From a virus (lineage: Duplodnaviria > Heunggongvirae > Uroviricota > Caudoviricetes), in IMG/VR virus record IMGVR_UViG_2778261231_000002, positions 1-45,127 of that record: DNA of 45,127 nucleotides. The stretch is one strand, 5' to 3'. Numbering within the stretch: position 1 is the first letter of the stretch; each line of letters begins with the position of its first letter. The notes beneath the pieces were generated by a model. The model had not been told where the DNA came from. It did no database searches and saw only the letters and a program-made list of their open reading frames with translations. The position numbers were made by a program, and so were the translations under genes. Positions 18,133-29,592 of this stretch are shown piece by piece.

Positions 18133-19755
18133 ATGCCTCTCCCGTTTGAATTCGATTTCAGAAACCCTGATTACCAGATGGTTTTTGAATGGCGGATGGA
18201 GCGCTTACAGCGCATTCGCCAGAACCCTGAAATGCTGCCAGCGCTAAAGCAGTTTTATCGCACCAACCCGGCACAGTTCATCATCGACTGGGGTATGACT
18301 ACTGACCCGCGTAACATCGATTATGGCCTGCCGGTCACCATCCCTTTTCTGCTGTTCCCGAAACAGGAAGAGTGGATTCACTGGATCATGGAGCGGCGCG
18401 AACGACTGGAGAACGGCATCACCGAAAAGAGCCGCGAAATGGGGCTCAGTTGGACCGCGATCGGGCTGGCCTGCTCGCTTTGTCTCTTCAACAAAGAAAT
18501 GGTTATCGGTTTCGGCTCCCGTAAAGAGGAATACGTCGACAGCACCGGTGACCCGAAGGCGCTGTTCTGGAAGGCGCGAAAGTTCGTGGAAACACTGCCC
18601 ATCGAGTTTCGTGGTTCGTGGGACGAGAAGAAGCATGCGCCGTATATGCGCGTTGAGTTTCCCGATACTGGCGCGGTCATCAAAGGCGAGGCTGGCGACA
18701 ATATCGGTCGTGGTGACCGTACCACGCTCTACCTGGTGGATGAAGCTGCATTCCTCCAGCGTCCTCTGTTGATTGATGCGGCGCTGTCGCAAACCACCCG
18801 TTGCCGTATTGACCTGAGCTCGGTTAATGGCATGGCGAACCCGTTCGCGCAGAAGCGTCACGGCGGGAAGATACCGGTATTCACATTCCACTGGCGGGAT
18901 GATCCTCGCAAGGATGAAGAGTGGTATCGCAGGGAGTGCGAGAAAATCGACAATCCGGTGGTGGTGGCGCAGGAACTTGACCTGAACTACAGCGCATCTG
19001 CGGAAGGCGTCCTGATCCCGTCCGACTGGGTACAGGCCGCCGTCGACGCGCATATCAAGCTGGGCATCCAGCCAACAGGCAAGCGACTGGGCGCGATGGA
19101 CGTCGCCGACGAAGGCCGGGACAAAAACGCCTTTTCGACCCGTCACGGTTTCCTCCTGGAGAACGTGCGGGAATGGTCCGGCGTGGGCAGCGACATTTAC
19201 CAGTCCGTTGAGAAGGTCTTCGGCTTTTGCGAACAGGACAACCTCGAAGAGTTTCGCTTCGACGAGGACGGCCTGGGTGCTGGCGTTCGCGGCGATGCGC
19301 GCGCCATCAACGAACTGCGTTACGCAGCGCGCCGACCGTCAATACTCGCCACACCGTTTCGTGGTAGCGGCGCGGTATTTGATCCGGACGATGAAGCGGT
19401 GCGCGGGGACAACGGACAGGCCGCACGCCTGAACAAGGACTTCTTCGCCAACGCCAAGGCCCAGAGCTGGTGGTGGCTACGCAAGCTTTTCCAGAACACC
19501 TATCGCGCCGTGGTTGAGGGAATGGCCTACAACCCGGACGAAATTATCTCAATCAGCAGCGCCATGGCGAGCAAAGACAAACTCATCATCGAGCTGTCGC
19601 AACCGACCTATTCCATTAACGGTGTGGGGAAAATCGTTGTTGATAAACAGCCTGACGGCACCAAGTCGCCGAACCTCGCCGACTCGGTGATGATCAGCTA
19701 CGCGCCAATGAATTCAGCCCTGAACATCTGGGAGCTGCTAGGGAGACAGGCCTGA
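18133..19755 (+). CDS. terminase large subunit
   Basis: ATPase N-terminus, VDEAAF Walker B-like, nuclease C-terminus; ATG 18133 (track starts at GTG 18127). Confidence 0.85.
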   Translation: MPLPFEFDFRNPDYQMVFEWRMERLQRIRQNPEMLPALKQFYRTNPAQFIIDWGMTTDPRNIDYGLPVTIPFLLFPKQEEWIHWIMERRERLENGITEKSREMGLSWTAIGLACSLCLFNKEMVIGFGSRKEEYVDSTGDPKALFWKARKFVETLPIEFRGSWDEKKHAPYMRVEFPDTGAVIKGEAGDNIGRGDRTTLYLVDEAAFLQRPLLIDAALSQTTRCRIDLSSVNGMANPFAQKRHGGKIPVFTFHWRDDPRKDEEWYRRECEKIDNPVVVAQELDLNYSASAEGVLIPSDWVQAAVDAHIKLGIQPTGKRLGAMDVADEGRDKNAFSTRHGFLLENVREWSGVGSDIYQSVEKVFGFCEQDNLEEFRFDEDGLGAGVRGDARAINELRYAARRPSILATPFRGSGAVFDPDDEAVRGDNGQAARLNKDFFANAKAQSWWWLRKLFQNTYRAVVEGMAYNPDEIISISSAMASKDKLIIELSQPTYSINGVGKIVVDKQPDGTKSPNLADSVMISYAPMNSALNIWELLGRQA

Positions 19756-21224
19756 TGGCACGAAACAAGCAAGCCTCTCAGCGAACGGCGCAGGCCACCG
19801 CTGATGGCTATGAAAACTTTGTCGCCCGCGTGGGGATGCAGACGCCTAACCAGCATTCAGCATCGACCTACCGGGCGAACTTCACCAGCCGCAACCGCAT
19901 GCTGGTGGAATGGTCATATCGCGGATCGTGGGTTATCGGCGAAGCGGTCGACGCTATCCCGGATGATATGACCCGCAAAGGCATTCGCATCACTTCGGAA
20001 ATTGATGCAAAAGATCGCGGCATTCTCGAATCACAACTTGATGAGTTGCAGATCTGGGATGCGCTGAACGACGTGCTGAAATGGTCTCGCCTCTACGGCG
20101 GCGCGGTCGGCTTCATCATGATCGAGGGGCAGGCACCAATGACCCCGCTGCGGCTCGAAACCATTGGAGAAGGCAAGTTTAAGGGCATTCTCCCGCTCGA
20201 CCGCTGGATGATTAACCCGGTGCTGACACGCCGCATTAAAGAGATGGGGCCGGACCTCGGCAAGCCTGAGTTTTACGACGTGGTGACCACCGCAACGGGC
20301 ATTCCGGCCTGGCGCATCCATCACAGCCGCCTGATCCGCTTTGATGGCGTCACGCTGCCATTCCAGCAGAAGATGACCGAAAACGAATGGGGAATGTCGG
20401 TTGTAGAGCGTATCTGGGATCGGCTTACTGCGTTCGATAGCGCTACTGTCGGCGCGGCGCAGCTGGTCTATAAAGCGCATCTGCGTACCTATAGCGTGGA
20501 GAAGTTGCGCGAGCTTATCGCGCTTGGAGGCCCGGCGTTCGAAGCGTTGCTGAAGAACATCGACCTGATCCGCCAGTTCCAGAGCAATGAAGGTATGACG
20601 CTCATGGACTCGCGGGATAAGTTCGAAACCCACCAGTACAGCTTTAGTGGTCTGGATGACATTCTTTCGCAGTTTGCTGAGCAGATCAGCGGTGCCGTTG
20701 GTATCCCGCTGGTACGCCTGTTCGGTCAATCCCCGAAAGGCTTCTCTACTGGTGATGCAGACCTCGCCAACTATTACGACCGGGTGAGCTCATTGCAGGA
20801 GCGCCGCTTACGGCTGCCGATGCGCCGGATACTGGACATTATGCACCGCTCGGAACTCGGAAAGCCGCTGCCGGACGATTTCACGTTTGAGTTTAACCCG
20901 CTATGGCAAATGTCAGACGTTGACCGATCAACGGTGGCCGTAAACACCACCAACGCGATCAGTACCGCGCTGGGCGACGGATTGATGACGCGTAAGGCGG
21001 CGATGACCGACCTGCGCGAAAACTCTGACGTCACCGGCATCGGGGCATCCATTACCGACGAGGATATCGAGAATGCCGAAGACGAAGCGCCGCCAGGCAT
21101 CGGCGAACTTGGCGACAAACCGCCAGAGTCGCCAGGCGGAGATCCGATATCGAACGAGCCTACGGCAGATAGCGCGGGCGGTCGGGGATATCGTAAATGG
21201 GCGCTACGATGGTTCAAACGATAG
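19755..21224 (+). CDS. portal protein
   Basis: 489 aa after terL, acidic C-terminus. Confidence 0.7.
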   Translation: MARNKQASQRTAQATADGYENFVARVGMQTPNQHSASTYRANFTSRNRMLVEWSYRGSWVIGEAVDAIPDDMTRKGIRITSEIDAKDRGILESQLDELQIWDALNDVLKWSRLYGGAVGFIMIEGQAPMTPLRLETIGEGKFKGILPLDRWMINPVLTRRIKEMGPDLGKPEFYDVVTTATGIPAWRIHHSRLIRFDGVTLPFQQKMTENEWGMSVVERIWDRLTAFDSATVGAAQLVYKAHLRTYSVEKLRELIALGGPAFEALLKNIDLIRQFQSNEGMTLMDSRDKFETHQYSFSGLDDILSQFAEQISGAVGIPLVRLFGQSPKGFSTGDADLANYYDRVSSLQERRLRLPMRRILDIMHRSELGKPLPDDFTFEFNPLWQMSDVDRSTVAVNTTNAISTALGDGLMTRKAAMTDLRENSDVTGIGASITDEDIENAEDEAPPGIGELGDKPPESPGGDPISNEPTADSAGGRGYRKWALRWFKR

Positions 21225-21846
21225 CGTCACCGAAATAATGGATGCGCTGGAGCGCTACAGCGAAATCATCACCCCCTGGGCGACGAAGGTTGCTGAGAAC
21301 TTCACCGCAGACATAGCGCGCCAGAATGAAAAGCAGTGGCGTCAGCACAGCCGGAACATCAGCGCAGAGCTGCGCAACATGGTTGACCGCGCCCCGGTAG
21401 GCCAGGTGATGAAATCCATCATTGCCGAGCAAATTAAGTACATTAAATCGCTGCCTCTTGAGGCCGCCGATCGGGTGTATGACATTCAGAACAAAGCCAT
21501 CGAGGCTGTTGTGACTGGTGGCCGCGCTGAGCCATTCGCGAAAGAGATAGCTGCTTCCGGTGACGTGTCACGCTCACGAGCGAACCTTATCGCCCGGACT
21601 GAGCTTGGGCGCGCAACCGGTGCACTGGATCAGGCGCGTGCGCTGTCAATCGGCTCGAATGGTTATATCTGGCGTACAGCCGAAGATGGCGACGTCCGGC
21701 ATTCTCATCGAGAGATGGAAGGGAAGTTTGTCGAATGGGGCCGACCTCCAACGCTTGACGGCATGACCGGTCACGCCGGGGAGTTACCTAACTGCCGTTG
21801 CTACAAAGAAATCGTATTCCCGACACCTCATCCCTATCTCGCCTGA
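21073..21846 (+). CDS. minor head morphogenesis protein (Mu F-like)
   Basis: GAGGA RBS before ATG 21073; overlaps portal 3' end by 152 nt out of frame. Confidence 0.55.
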   Translation: MPKTKRRQASANLATNRQSRQAEIRYRTSLRQIARAVGDIVNGRYDGSNDSVTEIMDALERYSEIITPWATKVAENFTADIARQNEKQWRQHSRNISAELRNMVDRAPVGQVMKSIIAEQIKYIKSLPLEAADRVYDIQNKAIEAVVTGGRAEPFAKEIAASGDVSRSRANLIARTELGRATGALDQARALSIGSNGYIWRTAEDGDVRHSHREMEGKFVEWGRPPTLDGMTGHAGELPNCRCYKEIVFPTPHPYLA

Positions 21847-21860
21847 ATTGCAGGTAACCC

Positions 21861-22061
21861 ATGGAAAAAACAATCTATTTCCTGAAAGAACAGGCCAGCG
21901 AAGCTACGCGCATCACTGCTAAATACAATGGCGTAGAGGCTATTTATCAATCTGTTGGTGATAGAGCAAAGCGCTGCCAACTTATAGGTCGTGGTAATGC
22001 GCGTCAGATAAAGCATCTGCTGCGTGAGTTTATTAAATCCACTAAGGCGGCGGATGGATGA
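21861..22061 (+). CDS. hypothetical protein
   Basis: 66-aa ORF. Confidence 0.3.
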   Translation: MEKTIYFLKEQASEATRITAKYNGVEAIYQSVGDRAKRCQLIGRGNARQIKHLLREFIKSTKAADG

Positions 22062-23278
22062 AATATTTCTTCTACACCCGGCTGGGGGAAACCCGCTATC
22101 AGCTGGCTGACGGCTCGCTGCTGTGCAAAGACGTGCCGATAGGTCGAACGGGTAAGCAGCTCTATGGTGCTGATGACCTGCCAAAACTGAAACCCGATAA
22201 GTTCGGTGAAATAGTCGTCACGCGTTCTCCTGAGCAGGTATTCCATCCGGCCACGCTCGCCTCATTCGAAGGGATGAGCATCACGATCCTGCATCCTGAA
22301 GATGAAAACGGGAATGTGCGGCTGGTCAACCCCGAGAACTGGAAAGAGCTTGCGGTCGGGCATCTTCAGAACGTTCGGCGCGGGACTGGTGATCAGTCTG
22401 ATTTGATGCTGGCTGACCTTATCGTCAAAGACGAAAACGCCATTCAGCTTATCGAAGATGGCCTGCGTGAAGTGTCGTGCGGCTATGACGCGGAGTACGA
22501 GCAGACCGAGCCAGGTAAAGCCGAGCAGGTCGATATTACCGGAAACCATGTGGCTCTTGTCCCCAAAGGCAGAGCCGGAAATCGTTGTGCAATTGGAGAC
22601 AGAGACACAATGGCAAATCAAAAGAAAAGCTGGTGGACCCGCATGCGCACGGCCATCAAAACGGGTGACGCTGACACCATGAACGAACTGCTGGACTCTG
22701 CGCCAGCGGCGGTAACGGGTGACGAAGGGGATCTGCCGAGCGGCGTTAACCTCAACATTAACCTTTCACCGCAGCAACCATTGCCGGACAAAAAGCCGGA
22801 AATGGGCGGAGAGCCAACCGGCGACGGCGAGGACGATATCAAAACCTTGCTCAAAGCCCTGCTGGCTAAGCTCGAAGGAACTGCGACGGGCGATAACGAC
22901 AATAAGCCTGACGATAATCCGACCGGTGACGGCGAGGACGATGAAGAAGAAACCACGATTACTGGTGACGCTGCTTATCGTGCCGAAGTTATCGTCCCGG
23001 GTATCGATCTGAGCCGTAAGGTGAAACCGACCGCGTTCAAACGTGATGTGCTGTCCGCCGCTGACAAAACACTGGTTCGCCAGGTTGTCGGTGATGCAGA
23101 TATCCGCAAATTGCCCAAGCAATCGGTCGATATGGCGTTTAACGCCGTGTCTGAGATTGCCAAAGGGCGAAACACCCGCAGCACCACGGGCGATGCACAA
23201 CGTCCAAATATGGGCATGACCAGCATCGCTTCCCTGAACAAACAAAACGCCGACTTCTGGTCTAACCGCAAAGGATAA
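22058..23278 (+). CDS. putative scaffolding/prohead protein
   Basis: 406 aa with acidic low-complexity middle, upstream of capsid genes. Confidence 0.45.
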   Translation: MKYFFYTRLGETRYQLADGSLLCKDVPIGRTGKQLYGADDLPKLKPDKFGEIVVTRSPEQVFHPATLASFEGMSITILHPEDENGNVRLVNPENWKELAVGHLQNVRRGTGDQSDLMLADLIVKDENAIQLIEDGLREVSCGYDAEYEQTEPGKAEQVDITGNHVALVPKGRAGNRCAIGDRDTMANQKKSWWTRMRTAIKTGDADTMNELLDSAPAAVTGDEGDLPSGVNLNINLSPQQPLPDKKPEMGGEPTGDGEDDIKTLLKALLAKLEGTATGDNDNKPDDNPTGDGEDDEEETTITGDAAYRAEVIVPGIDLSRKVKPTAFKRDVLSAADKTLVRQVVGDADIRKLPKQSVDMAFNAVSEIAKGRNTRSTTGDAQRPNMGMTSIASLNKQNADFWSNRKG

Positions 23279-23282
23279 TCCA

Positions 23283-23786
23283 ATGACTGCATATCTGTAC
23301 CGGATGCCTGTTGGCATTGCCGGGGCTATCTCTCGCCCGCAGGACTTAACCGTCGAACCGGTGATCCTTAAATCCGCTAACGCCTTCGCTGCCTATGGTC
23401 TGGCTGGCAAATATGACGCTGACGGCTTTTTCGTGCCGCTGGCGGACGGTGACACCGCCGACAAGGTGAAGGGGATCTACGTTCGTCCGTATCCAACCAC
23501 ATCGCAGCCAGACATGGTTCGCCAGGTAGGGACGGATAAGAACTTCCCGGGCGACGCCATGAAGCGTGGCTACATGACCGTTAACCTCGGATCTGGCTTC
23601 GATGCCAGCACCATCAAAAAAGGCGCGCCTGTCTACGTGGTCGTTTCGCTCGATTCAACCATTGACGTGCCGCTGGGCGGCTTCATGTCCACGTCCGTCA
23701 GTGGCAAAAACGTGGCGCTGACCAACGCCGAATTCACAGGGGCCGGTGACGCTAACGGCAATGCAGAAATCTCCTGGAAGATTTAA
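23283..23786 (+). CDS. putative head structural/decoration protein
   Basis: 167 aa between scaffold and major capsid genes. Confidence 0.4.
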   Translation: MTAYLYRMPVGIAGAISRPQDLTVEPVILKSANAFAAYGLAGKYDADGFFVPLADGDTADKVKGIYVRPYPTTSQPDMVRQVGTDKNFPGDAMKRGYMTVNLGSGFDASTIKKGAPVYVVVSLDSTIDVPLGGFMSTSVSGKNVALTNAEFTGAGDANGNAEISWKI

Positions 23787-23797
23787 GGAACAGACGA

Positions 23798-24739
23798 ATG
23801 ATTACTTTTGATCAGGCAACCGTTGATAGCTCTGGTGCCTTTCTTATCGGGGAGCTGGAGCGACTCGACCAGACGTTGAACCTGCCGCTGGTGGGTTATA
23901 CCTGGACCCGAGATATTCAGCTGCGTGAAGACGTTTCTATCGCAGATGACATTTCCAGCTGGACTAACACCAGCTTTGGCGCTGCGGGTACTGGCGCAAA
24001 TCCGAACGGTAAAAACTGGGTAGGTAAAGACTCCACTGCTATTGCTGGCGTGAACGTTGATATCGGCAAAGACGGCAATCCGCTGAACCTCTGGGGTATG
24101 GAACTGGGCTGGACCGTTGTAGAGCTGGCAGCAGCTCAGCAGGTAGGTCGCCCGATTGATACCCAGAAGTACGACGGGATGCAGCTCAAATGGCAGATGG
24201 ACAACGATGAGCAGGTTTACATCGGCGATGATGCGCTCGGCCTGAAAGGGCTGGCAAACCTTGTCGGTGTGACGCTGAACAACGCGCCGAAGACCTGGGC
24301 GAACTCCACTAACGACGAGATCCTCGATAGCGTGAACAGCATTCTGTCGAATGCATGGGCAGCATCCGGTTATTCCGTCGTGCCTTCTGATCTGCGCATT
24401 CCGCCAGAACAGTATTCACTGCTGGCGAGCCGTAAGGTTTCCGAAGCGGGTAACCAGTCGCTGCTGACCTATCTGGCCGTGAACACTATCGCTTTCCACC
24501 AGAACGGCGTTCCGCTGGAAATCAAAGCGGTCAAATGGCTGAAAGGGCGCGGGGTTGGCGGTAAAGACCGTATGGTCGCCTACACCAACGACAAAAAATA
24601 CGTGCGCTATCCGCTGGTGCCGTTGCAGAGCGTTCCTGTCCAGTATCGCGGTCTGTACCAGATTGCGACCTACTACGGCAAGCTCGGTGCGGTTGAGCCA
24701 GTGTACAAAGAAACCCTGTCCTACGTGGACGGTATCTGA
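23798..24739 (+). CDS. major capsid protein
   Basis: 313 aa, followed by strong GC hairpin. Confidence 0.7.
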   Translation: MITFDQATVDSSGAFLIGELERLDQTLNLPLVGYTWTRDIQLREDVSIADDISSWTNTSFGAAGTGANPNGKNWVGKDSTAIAGVNVDIGKDGNPLNLWGMELGWTVVELAAAQQVGRPIDTQKYDGMQLKWQMDNDEQVYIGDDALGLKGLANLVGVTLNNAPKTWANSTNDEILDSVNSILSNAWAASGYSVVPSDLRIPPEQYSLLASRKVSEAGNQSLLTYLAVNTIAFHQNGVPLEIKAVKWLKGRGVGGKDRMVAYTNDKKYVRYPLVPLQSVPVQYRGLYQIATYYGKLGAVEPVYKETLSYVDGI

Positions 24740-24749
24740 TAACCAGAAC

Positions 24750-24765
24750 GGCCCCGAAAGGGGCC
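24750..24765 (+). other. GC stem with GAAA tetraloop after major capsid gene
   Basis: GGCCCC-GAAA-GGGGCC, no T-run. Confidence 0.5.
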
Positions 24766-24780
24766 AGAAGGAAACTGAAA

Positions 24781-25170
24781 ATGGCTAAAGAAAAGCTGGT
24801 TACCATCCATGTTCACACCCCGTTTACGCTGACGCTCGGCGATCAGTCAAAACAGGAGTTTGGCCGGGGACGGCATAACGTGCCGGAAGAGGTCGCGTCG
24901 CACTGGTTCACCCAGGCGCACTCTGAGCTTTCCGAAAGCGTGATTAGCGACACCGATGATCTGCAACCCATTATCGACAGCCTGCAAGCGCAGATTGCCG
25001 ACAAAGATAAGCAGATTGTCGATAAAGATCAGCTGATTGCCGATCTGAAAGAAGCGCTGCTCAAGCTGCAAGAGCAGAACGACAGCCTGCAAGCGCAGAT
25101 TGCTGCCGCCCAGACTGGCGGTAATGGGGCGAAAGATGCCAAAGAATCAAAGCCTGCCAACAGTAAGTGA
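24781..25170 (+). CDS. hypothetical coiled-coil virion protein
   Basis: Repeated LQAQIA heptads. Confidence 0.4.
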   Translation: MAKEKLVTIHVHTPFTLTLGDQSKQEFGRGRHNVPEEVASHWFTQAHSELSESVISDTDDLQPIIDSLQAQIADKDKQIVDKDQLIADLKEALLKLQEQNDSLQAQIAAAQTGGNGAKDAKESKPANSK

Positions 25171-25543
25171 TTTTCGGCGCGACTTTCCACAGTTTGCTGA
25201 CCCTGCCAAATATCCCGAAGCGCAAATCCAGTTTCGTCTGAATCTGGTCGATGTGCTGCTGAGCGAAAACGTCACCGGTAAAGAGTTGTTTCCGTACTTT
25301 GCCGAGTTGTTCGTGGCGCACTATATGACGCTCTGGGCGGCAGACATCCGGGCAATGCTGGTTGGTGGCCCGGGTGGTTCAACCAATGGTGTTCAGTCCT
25401 CCAAATCCGTCGACAAGGTAAGCGTCAGCTATGACACCAGCGCGACGCTAAACCCTGACGCAGGCTTCTGGAATAACACCCGATATGGCGCTGAATTTTA
25501 TCAGCTGATCACGATGTTCGGTGCGGGCGGTCGCCAGCTATGA
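25136..25543 (+). CDS. hypothetical virion protein
   Basis: ATG 25136 in frame with track ORF 25100..25543. Confidence 0.35.
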   Translation: MPKNQSLPTVSDFRRDFPQFADPAKYPEAQIQFRLNLVDVLLSENVTGKELFPYFAELFVAHYMTLWAADIRAMLVGGPGGSTNGVQSSKSVDKVSVSYDTSATLNPDAGFWNNTRYGAEFYQLITMFGAGGRQL

Positions 25544-26127
25544 GTTTCAAAAGCGGTGTAACAACGAGGGTGGATAACGCTCAGGCCATTCTGGATGCGC
25601 TCAGGTCGCTAACCAAAAAGGATGTGCTGGTCGGCATCCCTTCGGAAGACAGCGAGCGTGAAGATGTTCCGTTTGGTAATGCGGGGATCGGCTACGTCAA
25701 TGAATACGGCTCACCGGCGCAAAATATCCCCCCACGCCCGCACCTGATCCCCGGCGTTAAATCGGTAGAGGAACAGACAGTGCCGCAGCTTAAAGCAGCG
25801 GCGCAGGCTGCGCTTGATGGTAATGCGGCGGGTGCAGAAAGAGCGCTCAACCGCGCTGGAACGCTGGCTGCTAATGGCGTCAGGCGTTACATGACTATTA
25901 CCGGCTTTACACCGCTTACTGATAGCACCGTTGAAGCCCGCGCGCGTCGAGGGCGTAAAGGGGCGAAAGCCGAGTTAGCACGCAGATCAGCAGATGGAAA
26001 GCTTAATGCTATCAACCCGGATTCTGGTCAATTGATAAGCAATGAGAATGTAAGGCCGTTGATTGATACCGGACAGTACCGCAGAGCCATTACCCACGTT
26101 GTGAGGGATAAAGATGCCGAATCTTGA
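25540..26127 (+). CDS. hypothetical virion protein
   Basis: 195-aa ORF, overlapping start. Confidence 0.35.
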   Translation: MSFKSGVTTRVDNAQAILDALRSLTKKDVLVGIPSEDSEREDVPFGNAGIGYVNEYGSPAQNIPPRPHLIPGVKSVEEQTVPQLKAAAQAALDGNAAGAERALNRAGTLAANGVRRYMTITGFTPLTDSTVEARARRGRKGAKAELARRSADGKLNAINPDSGQLISNENVRPLIDTGQYRRAITHVVRDKDAES

Positions 26128-26503
26128 TGTGACGGACGTACTTTTTGACCCCGATTTTTGCGACTTCAACCTGTGGGTAACGCGTCGCGTGCAAACGGTG
26201 GACGATGACGGGATCGGCAGCGACAGTGAAGTTAAAACGCAGTTTGCCGGAGACGTAACTGTTGATCGCTCTCTGGAAAACCGTCGTATGCAGGCCGGGC
26301 AGGTTATCAGCGGCGCGATTCTCATCGTGACAACTGAGCGGCTGACGCAGGGGCAGACTGGCCGTGATGCCGATATCGTGACGTATCAGAACCGTGATTA
26401 TCGCGTGACATTCGTCGACCCGTATACGGCTTACGGTGCTGGCTTCGTCCAGGCTCATTGTGAATTACTGCCGTTTGATGGGGGAACTCCCATTGAGCAA
26501 TAA
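26114..26503 (+). CDS. hypothetical virion protein
   Basis: 129-aa ORF. Confidence 0.35.
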   Translation: MPNLDVTDVLFDPDFCDFNLWVTRRVQTVDDDGIGSDSEVKTQFAGDVTVDRSLENRRMQAGQVISGAILIVTTERLTQGQTGRDADIVTYQNRDYRVTFVDPYTAYGAGFVQAHCELLPFDGGTPIEQ

Positions 26504-27041
26504 CACCAGCACAGAGCGCGGCTGGCTGACACCCACCAGCGGCGATCCGGCTTATGACGAAGCGCTCGACAGGCTGCTAAGCCAGTGGATGCGCAATGTT
26601 TCCGGCTTGCCGTCTGGAATGGTTCGTCCGCGCTGGCAGAAAAATCAGCCGCCACTGCCACCCGTTGAAACGAACTGGTGCGCGTTTGGCGTTACCGGGT
26701 TGCTCATTGATAACAACCCTGCATTCACCAATCAGACCGACGAGGGCGCTCAGCTCTGGCGGCATGAAACGTTCGAGTGCATGGCGTCGTTCTATGGCCC
26801 GGCTGGTATGTCTTATGCGTCCCGTTTTCGCGATGGCATATCTGTCCCGCAAAACAATGCTGAGCTGAACGCGCTTGGTTTGTCTCTGGGCGACTATACC
26901 GGTCTGACCCCTTTCCCCGAACTTATCAACCAGCAATGGGTTCGCCGCTACGACATGACGGTGCGCCTGCGCCGCAAAGTTATCCGCGAATACGGCATCA
27001 AATCGCTGGTGGAAGCGCCAGTCACCTTTTTTGGAGAATAA
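26478..27041 (+). CDS. hypothetical virion protein (start uncertain)
   Basis: ORF 26436..27041 with internal ATG at 26478. Confidence 0.3.
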   Translation: MGELPLSNNTSTERGWLTPTSGDPAYDEALDRLLSQWMRNVSGLPSGMVRPRWQKNQPPLPPVETNWCAFGVTGLLIDNNPAFTNQTDEGAQLWRHETFECMASFYGPAGMSYASRFRDGISVPQNNAELNALGLSLGDYTGLTPFPELINQQWVRRYDMTVRLRRKVIREYGIKSLVEAPVTFFGE

Positions 27042-27044
27042 ACT

Positions 27045-28535
27045 ATGCCTAACGGCTTATCTGTTCAGCGCGTCGTAAACGTGCAGGTCACGCTCGCCGT
27101 TCGCGCGGCGCTCGGGCGTAATTTTGGCGCGCTGCTGGTGCTTGGCACCTCAACCGTCATTACGGCACCAGAAGTCATGCGCCTTTATCAGGACATTGAA
27201 AGCGTCGCCACCGACTTTGGCACGAGTGCCGAAGAATACAAAGCAGCAAACCTGTATTTCCAGCAATCGCCGCAGCCGCGTGATCTGTATATCGGCAAAC
27301 TGGACCGCACCTCGACACCTGCCACCGCTGGCAAGCTTATCGGGGCAGTGCTTTCAAGTTCAGAGCAGACGCTGGCTAACTTTACCGCTGTGACAGCTGG
27401 CGCTCTGAAACTATCAATCAACGGCACTGTATCAACGATCACCGGTATTAACCTGTCTGCCGCTTCCAACCTGGCTGGCGTGGCAACTGCCATCACCGCC
27501 AAACTGACCGGCGCTACGGTCTCCTGGGTGCCTGGCTCCAGCCAGTTTGTCATTACGTCTGGTACGACCGGCGCAAAGTCAGCGATCGGTATTCCAACGG
27601 CGGCCGGAACGGGTACTGACCTGGCTCCACTACTGGGCATTGATTCAGCACACAACCCCACGGTGGTAAACGGCCAGGCGGCGTCCTCTTCAGTTCTCCC
27701 GTCGGTCACTACCGCCCTGAACTACTCCGCCGACTGGTATGGCCTGGTAATTGCCGACACGGCGATGACAGATCAGGACCATATCGATGTTTCCGCGCTG
27801 ATTGGCTCTGCAAGTGACTCCCGCGTGTATGGTGTAACCACTTCCGCATCGGCGGTTCTGGATGCAACCAGTACCACGGATATTGCCTACAAGCTGAAAG
27901 CGGCGGGTTACGGTCGTACATTCTGTCAGTACAGCAATGTTCCTTATGCAGCTGCTTCAGCGTTCGGACGTGCGTTCACCGTGAATTTCCTGGGGAATAA
28001 CACCACTATCACGCTGAAGTTTAAGCAGGAGCCGGGTATTACCGCCGAGACAATCACTGCGCAGCAGGCCAACACGCTGAAGGCCAAGAACTGTAACGTG
28101 TTTGTGCGCTACGCCAACGATACCGCCATCATTCAGGAAGGCGTGATGTCCAATGGCGACTTCTTCGACGAGCGCCATGGTCTCGACTGGTTGCAGAACT
28201 ACGTTCAGACCAACCTCTATAACCTGCTTTACACCAGCACCACCAAAATTCCGCAGACTGATGCCGGTGTGACCCGTCTGCTTTCCAACGTTGAACAGTC
28301 CATGGATCAGTCCGTCAAGAATGGTCTGGTAGCGGCTGGCGTGTGGAATGGTGGCCCTATCGGGCAACTGAATTCCGGCGATACGCTGACTAAAGGTTAT
28401 TACGTGTATGCGCAACCTCTGTCCGAACAGGCGCAGGCCGACCGAGAAGCTCGCAAAGCACCGTTAATCCAGGTGGCCTGTAAGCTGGCTGGCGCAGTTC
28501 ATTATGCCGATGTGCAGATCAACGTGGTTCGCTAA
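27045..28535 (+). CDS. contractile tail sheath protein
   Basis: 496 aa, Ala/Thr/Gly/Ser-rich, directly before tube gene. Confidence 0.65.
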   Translation: MPNGLSVQRVVNVQVTLAVRAALGRNFGALLVLGTSTVITAPEVMRLYQDIESVATDFGTSAEEYKAANLYFQQSPQPRDLYIGKLDRTSTPATAGKLIGAVLSSSEQTLANFTAVTAGALKLSINGTVSTITGINLSAASNLAGVATAITAKLTGATVSWVPGSSQFVITSGTTGAKSAIGIPTAAGTGTDLAPLLGIDSAHNPTVVNGQAASSSVLPSVTTALNYSADWYGLVIADTAMTDQDHIDVSALIGSASDSRVYGVTTSASAVLDATSTTDIAYKLKAAGYGRTFCQYSNVPYAAASAFGRAFTVNFLGNNTTITLKFKQEPGITAETITAQQANTLKAKNCNVFVRYANDTAIIQEGVMSNGDFFDERHGLDWLQNYVQTNLYNLLYTSTTKIPQTDAGVTRLLSNVEQSMDQSVKNGLVAAGVWNGGPIGQLNSGDTLTKGYYVYAQPLSEQAQADREARKAPLIQVACKLAGAVHYADVQINVVR

Positions 28536-28545
28536 GGAGCGATAA

Positions 28546-28986
28546 ATGGCAACTTATTCTTTTCTCGATGTAACCGCGTCGCTCACCGGGCCGACCGGCG
28601 TTATCGATCTTGGTCAGGGTTCTGCGAACTCTGAGGAAGGTATCACCCAGACCATGGGCGGCAACAAAAACACCATGACCATCGGTGCCGATGGCGAGGT
28701 GATGCACAGCCTGCACGCCGATAAGTCAGGCACCATTACGGTGACGCTACTCAAAACCTCCCCGGTGAATAAAAAGCTGTCTCTGGCGTATAACGCGCAA
28801 AGCCAGTCCTCTGCCACCTGGGGCAATAACGTGATCGTCATTCGCAACACGGCATCGGGTGATATTTCTACTGCGCGTTCGTGTGCATTCCAGAAACAGC
28901 CTGATTTCAATAACGCTAAAGAGGGCGGAACCGTCGCCTGGGTATTCGACTGCGGCAAGATTGACCAGCTTCTCGGGGAGTTTTAA
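28546..28986 (+). CDS. tail tube protein
   Basis: 146 aa after sheath. Confidence 0.6.
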   Translation: MATYSFLDVTASLTGPTGVIDLGQGSANSEEGITQTMGGNKNTMTIGADGEVMHSLHADKSGTITVTLLKTSPVNKKLSLAYNAQSQSSATWGNNVIVIRNTASGDISTARSCAFQKQPDFNNAKEGGTVAWVFDCGKIDQLLGEF

Positions 28987-28989
28987 CGC

Positions 28990-29415
28990 ATGGAATTCGA
29001 AATTAAAGGCGTGAAATATCGCACCGCAAAGCTCAGCGTTTTCGAACAGCTGAAGGTGTCCCGCAAGCTGTTGCCGGTTCTGGCCGGGATGGTTTCGGAC
29101 TTCCGGAGCGTTCAGGAGAAGATCAGCAGCAAAGACACCGAAGGCGCGATGGCTACCATCCTGCCAAAGATTGCCAATGCTGTGTCCGGTCTGAGTGATG
29201 GCGACGTGGACGCTATCCTGTTCCCCTGTCTTTCCGTTGTTTCACGCGAGCACATGAAAGGCTGGGTGCCGGTCTGCCAGCATGGCGAAATGGCGTTTGA
29301 CGATATCGACCTGCTTACCATGCTGCAACTGGTGGCGCGGGTGGTCGCCGACTCGCTGGGAAATTTTTTGCAAGGACTCCCTACCAGCGAGACGCCCACC
29401 CCGCCAGCGGAATAA
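28990..29415 (+). CDS. tail assembly chaperone
   Basis: Position between tube and tape measure; -1 frame stays open 29367-29603. Confidence 0.5.
   Translation: MEFEIKGVKYRTAKLSVFEQLKVSRKLLPVLAGMVSDFRSVQEKISSKDTEGAMATILPKIANAVSGLSDGDVDAILFPCLSVVSREHMKGWVPVCQHGEMAFDDIDLLTMLQLVARVVADSLGNFLQGLPTSETPTPPAE
29364..29370 (+). other. candidate -1 frameshift slippery run T TTT TTG
   Basis: In-frame heptamer near chaperone 3' end; -1 frame adds ~78 codons ending at 29601-29603. Confidence 0.4.
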
Positions 29416-29592
29416 CCTTCAACAGCCTGCCGGGCGGTGAAGATTTTATTCTTCGCCCGGCGCTTGCCTTCCATATTGACCAGAAAGACCTTAACAGCGG
29501 TGCGGTAGACCTTTGCCGCATCGCGCTTCTCAATGACTACCTCGACATGCGCGAGGATAACGACGCCCGGGTAGATAAATGGAGAGCGGCCA

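Noticed and set aside
18244-19146. 300-aa minus-strand ORF inside terminase large subunit
   Set aside because: Antisense to a well-supported terminase gene; low-complexity composition.
20031-21217. Minus-strand ORFs (232 and 147 aa) inside the portal gene
   Set aside because: Antisense to portal; no start context.
27188-28415. Minus-strand ORFs inside the tail sheath gene
   Set aside because: Antisense to sheath gene.
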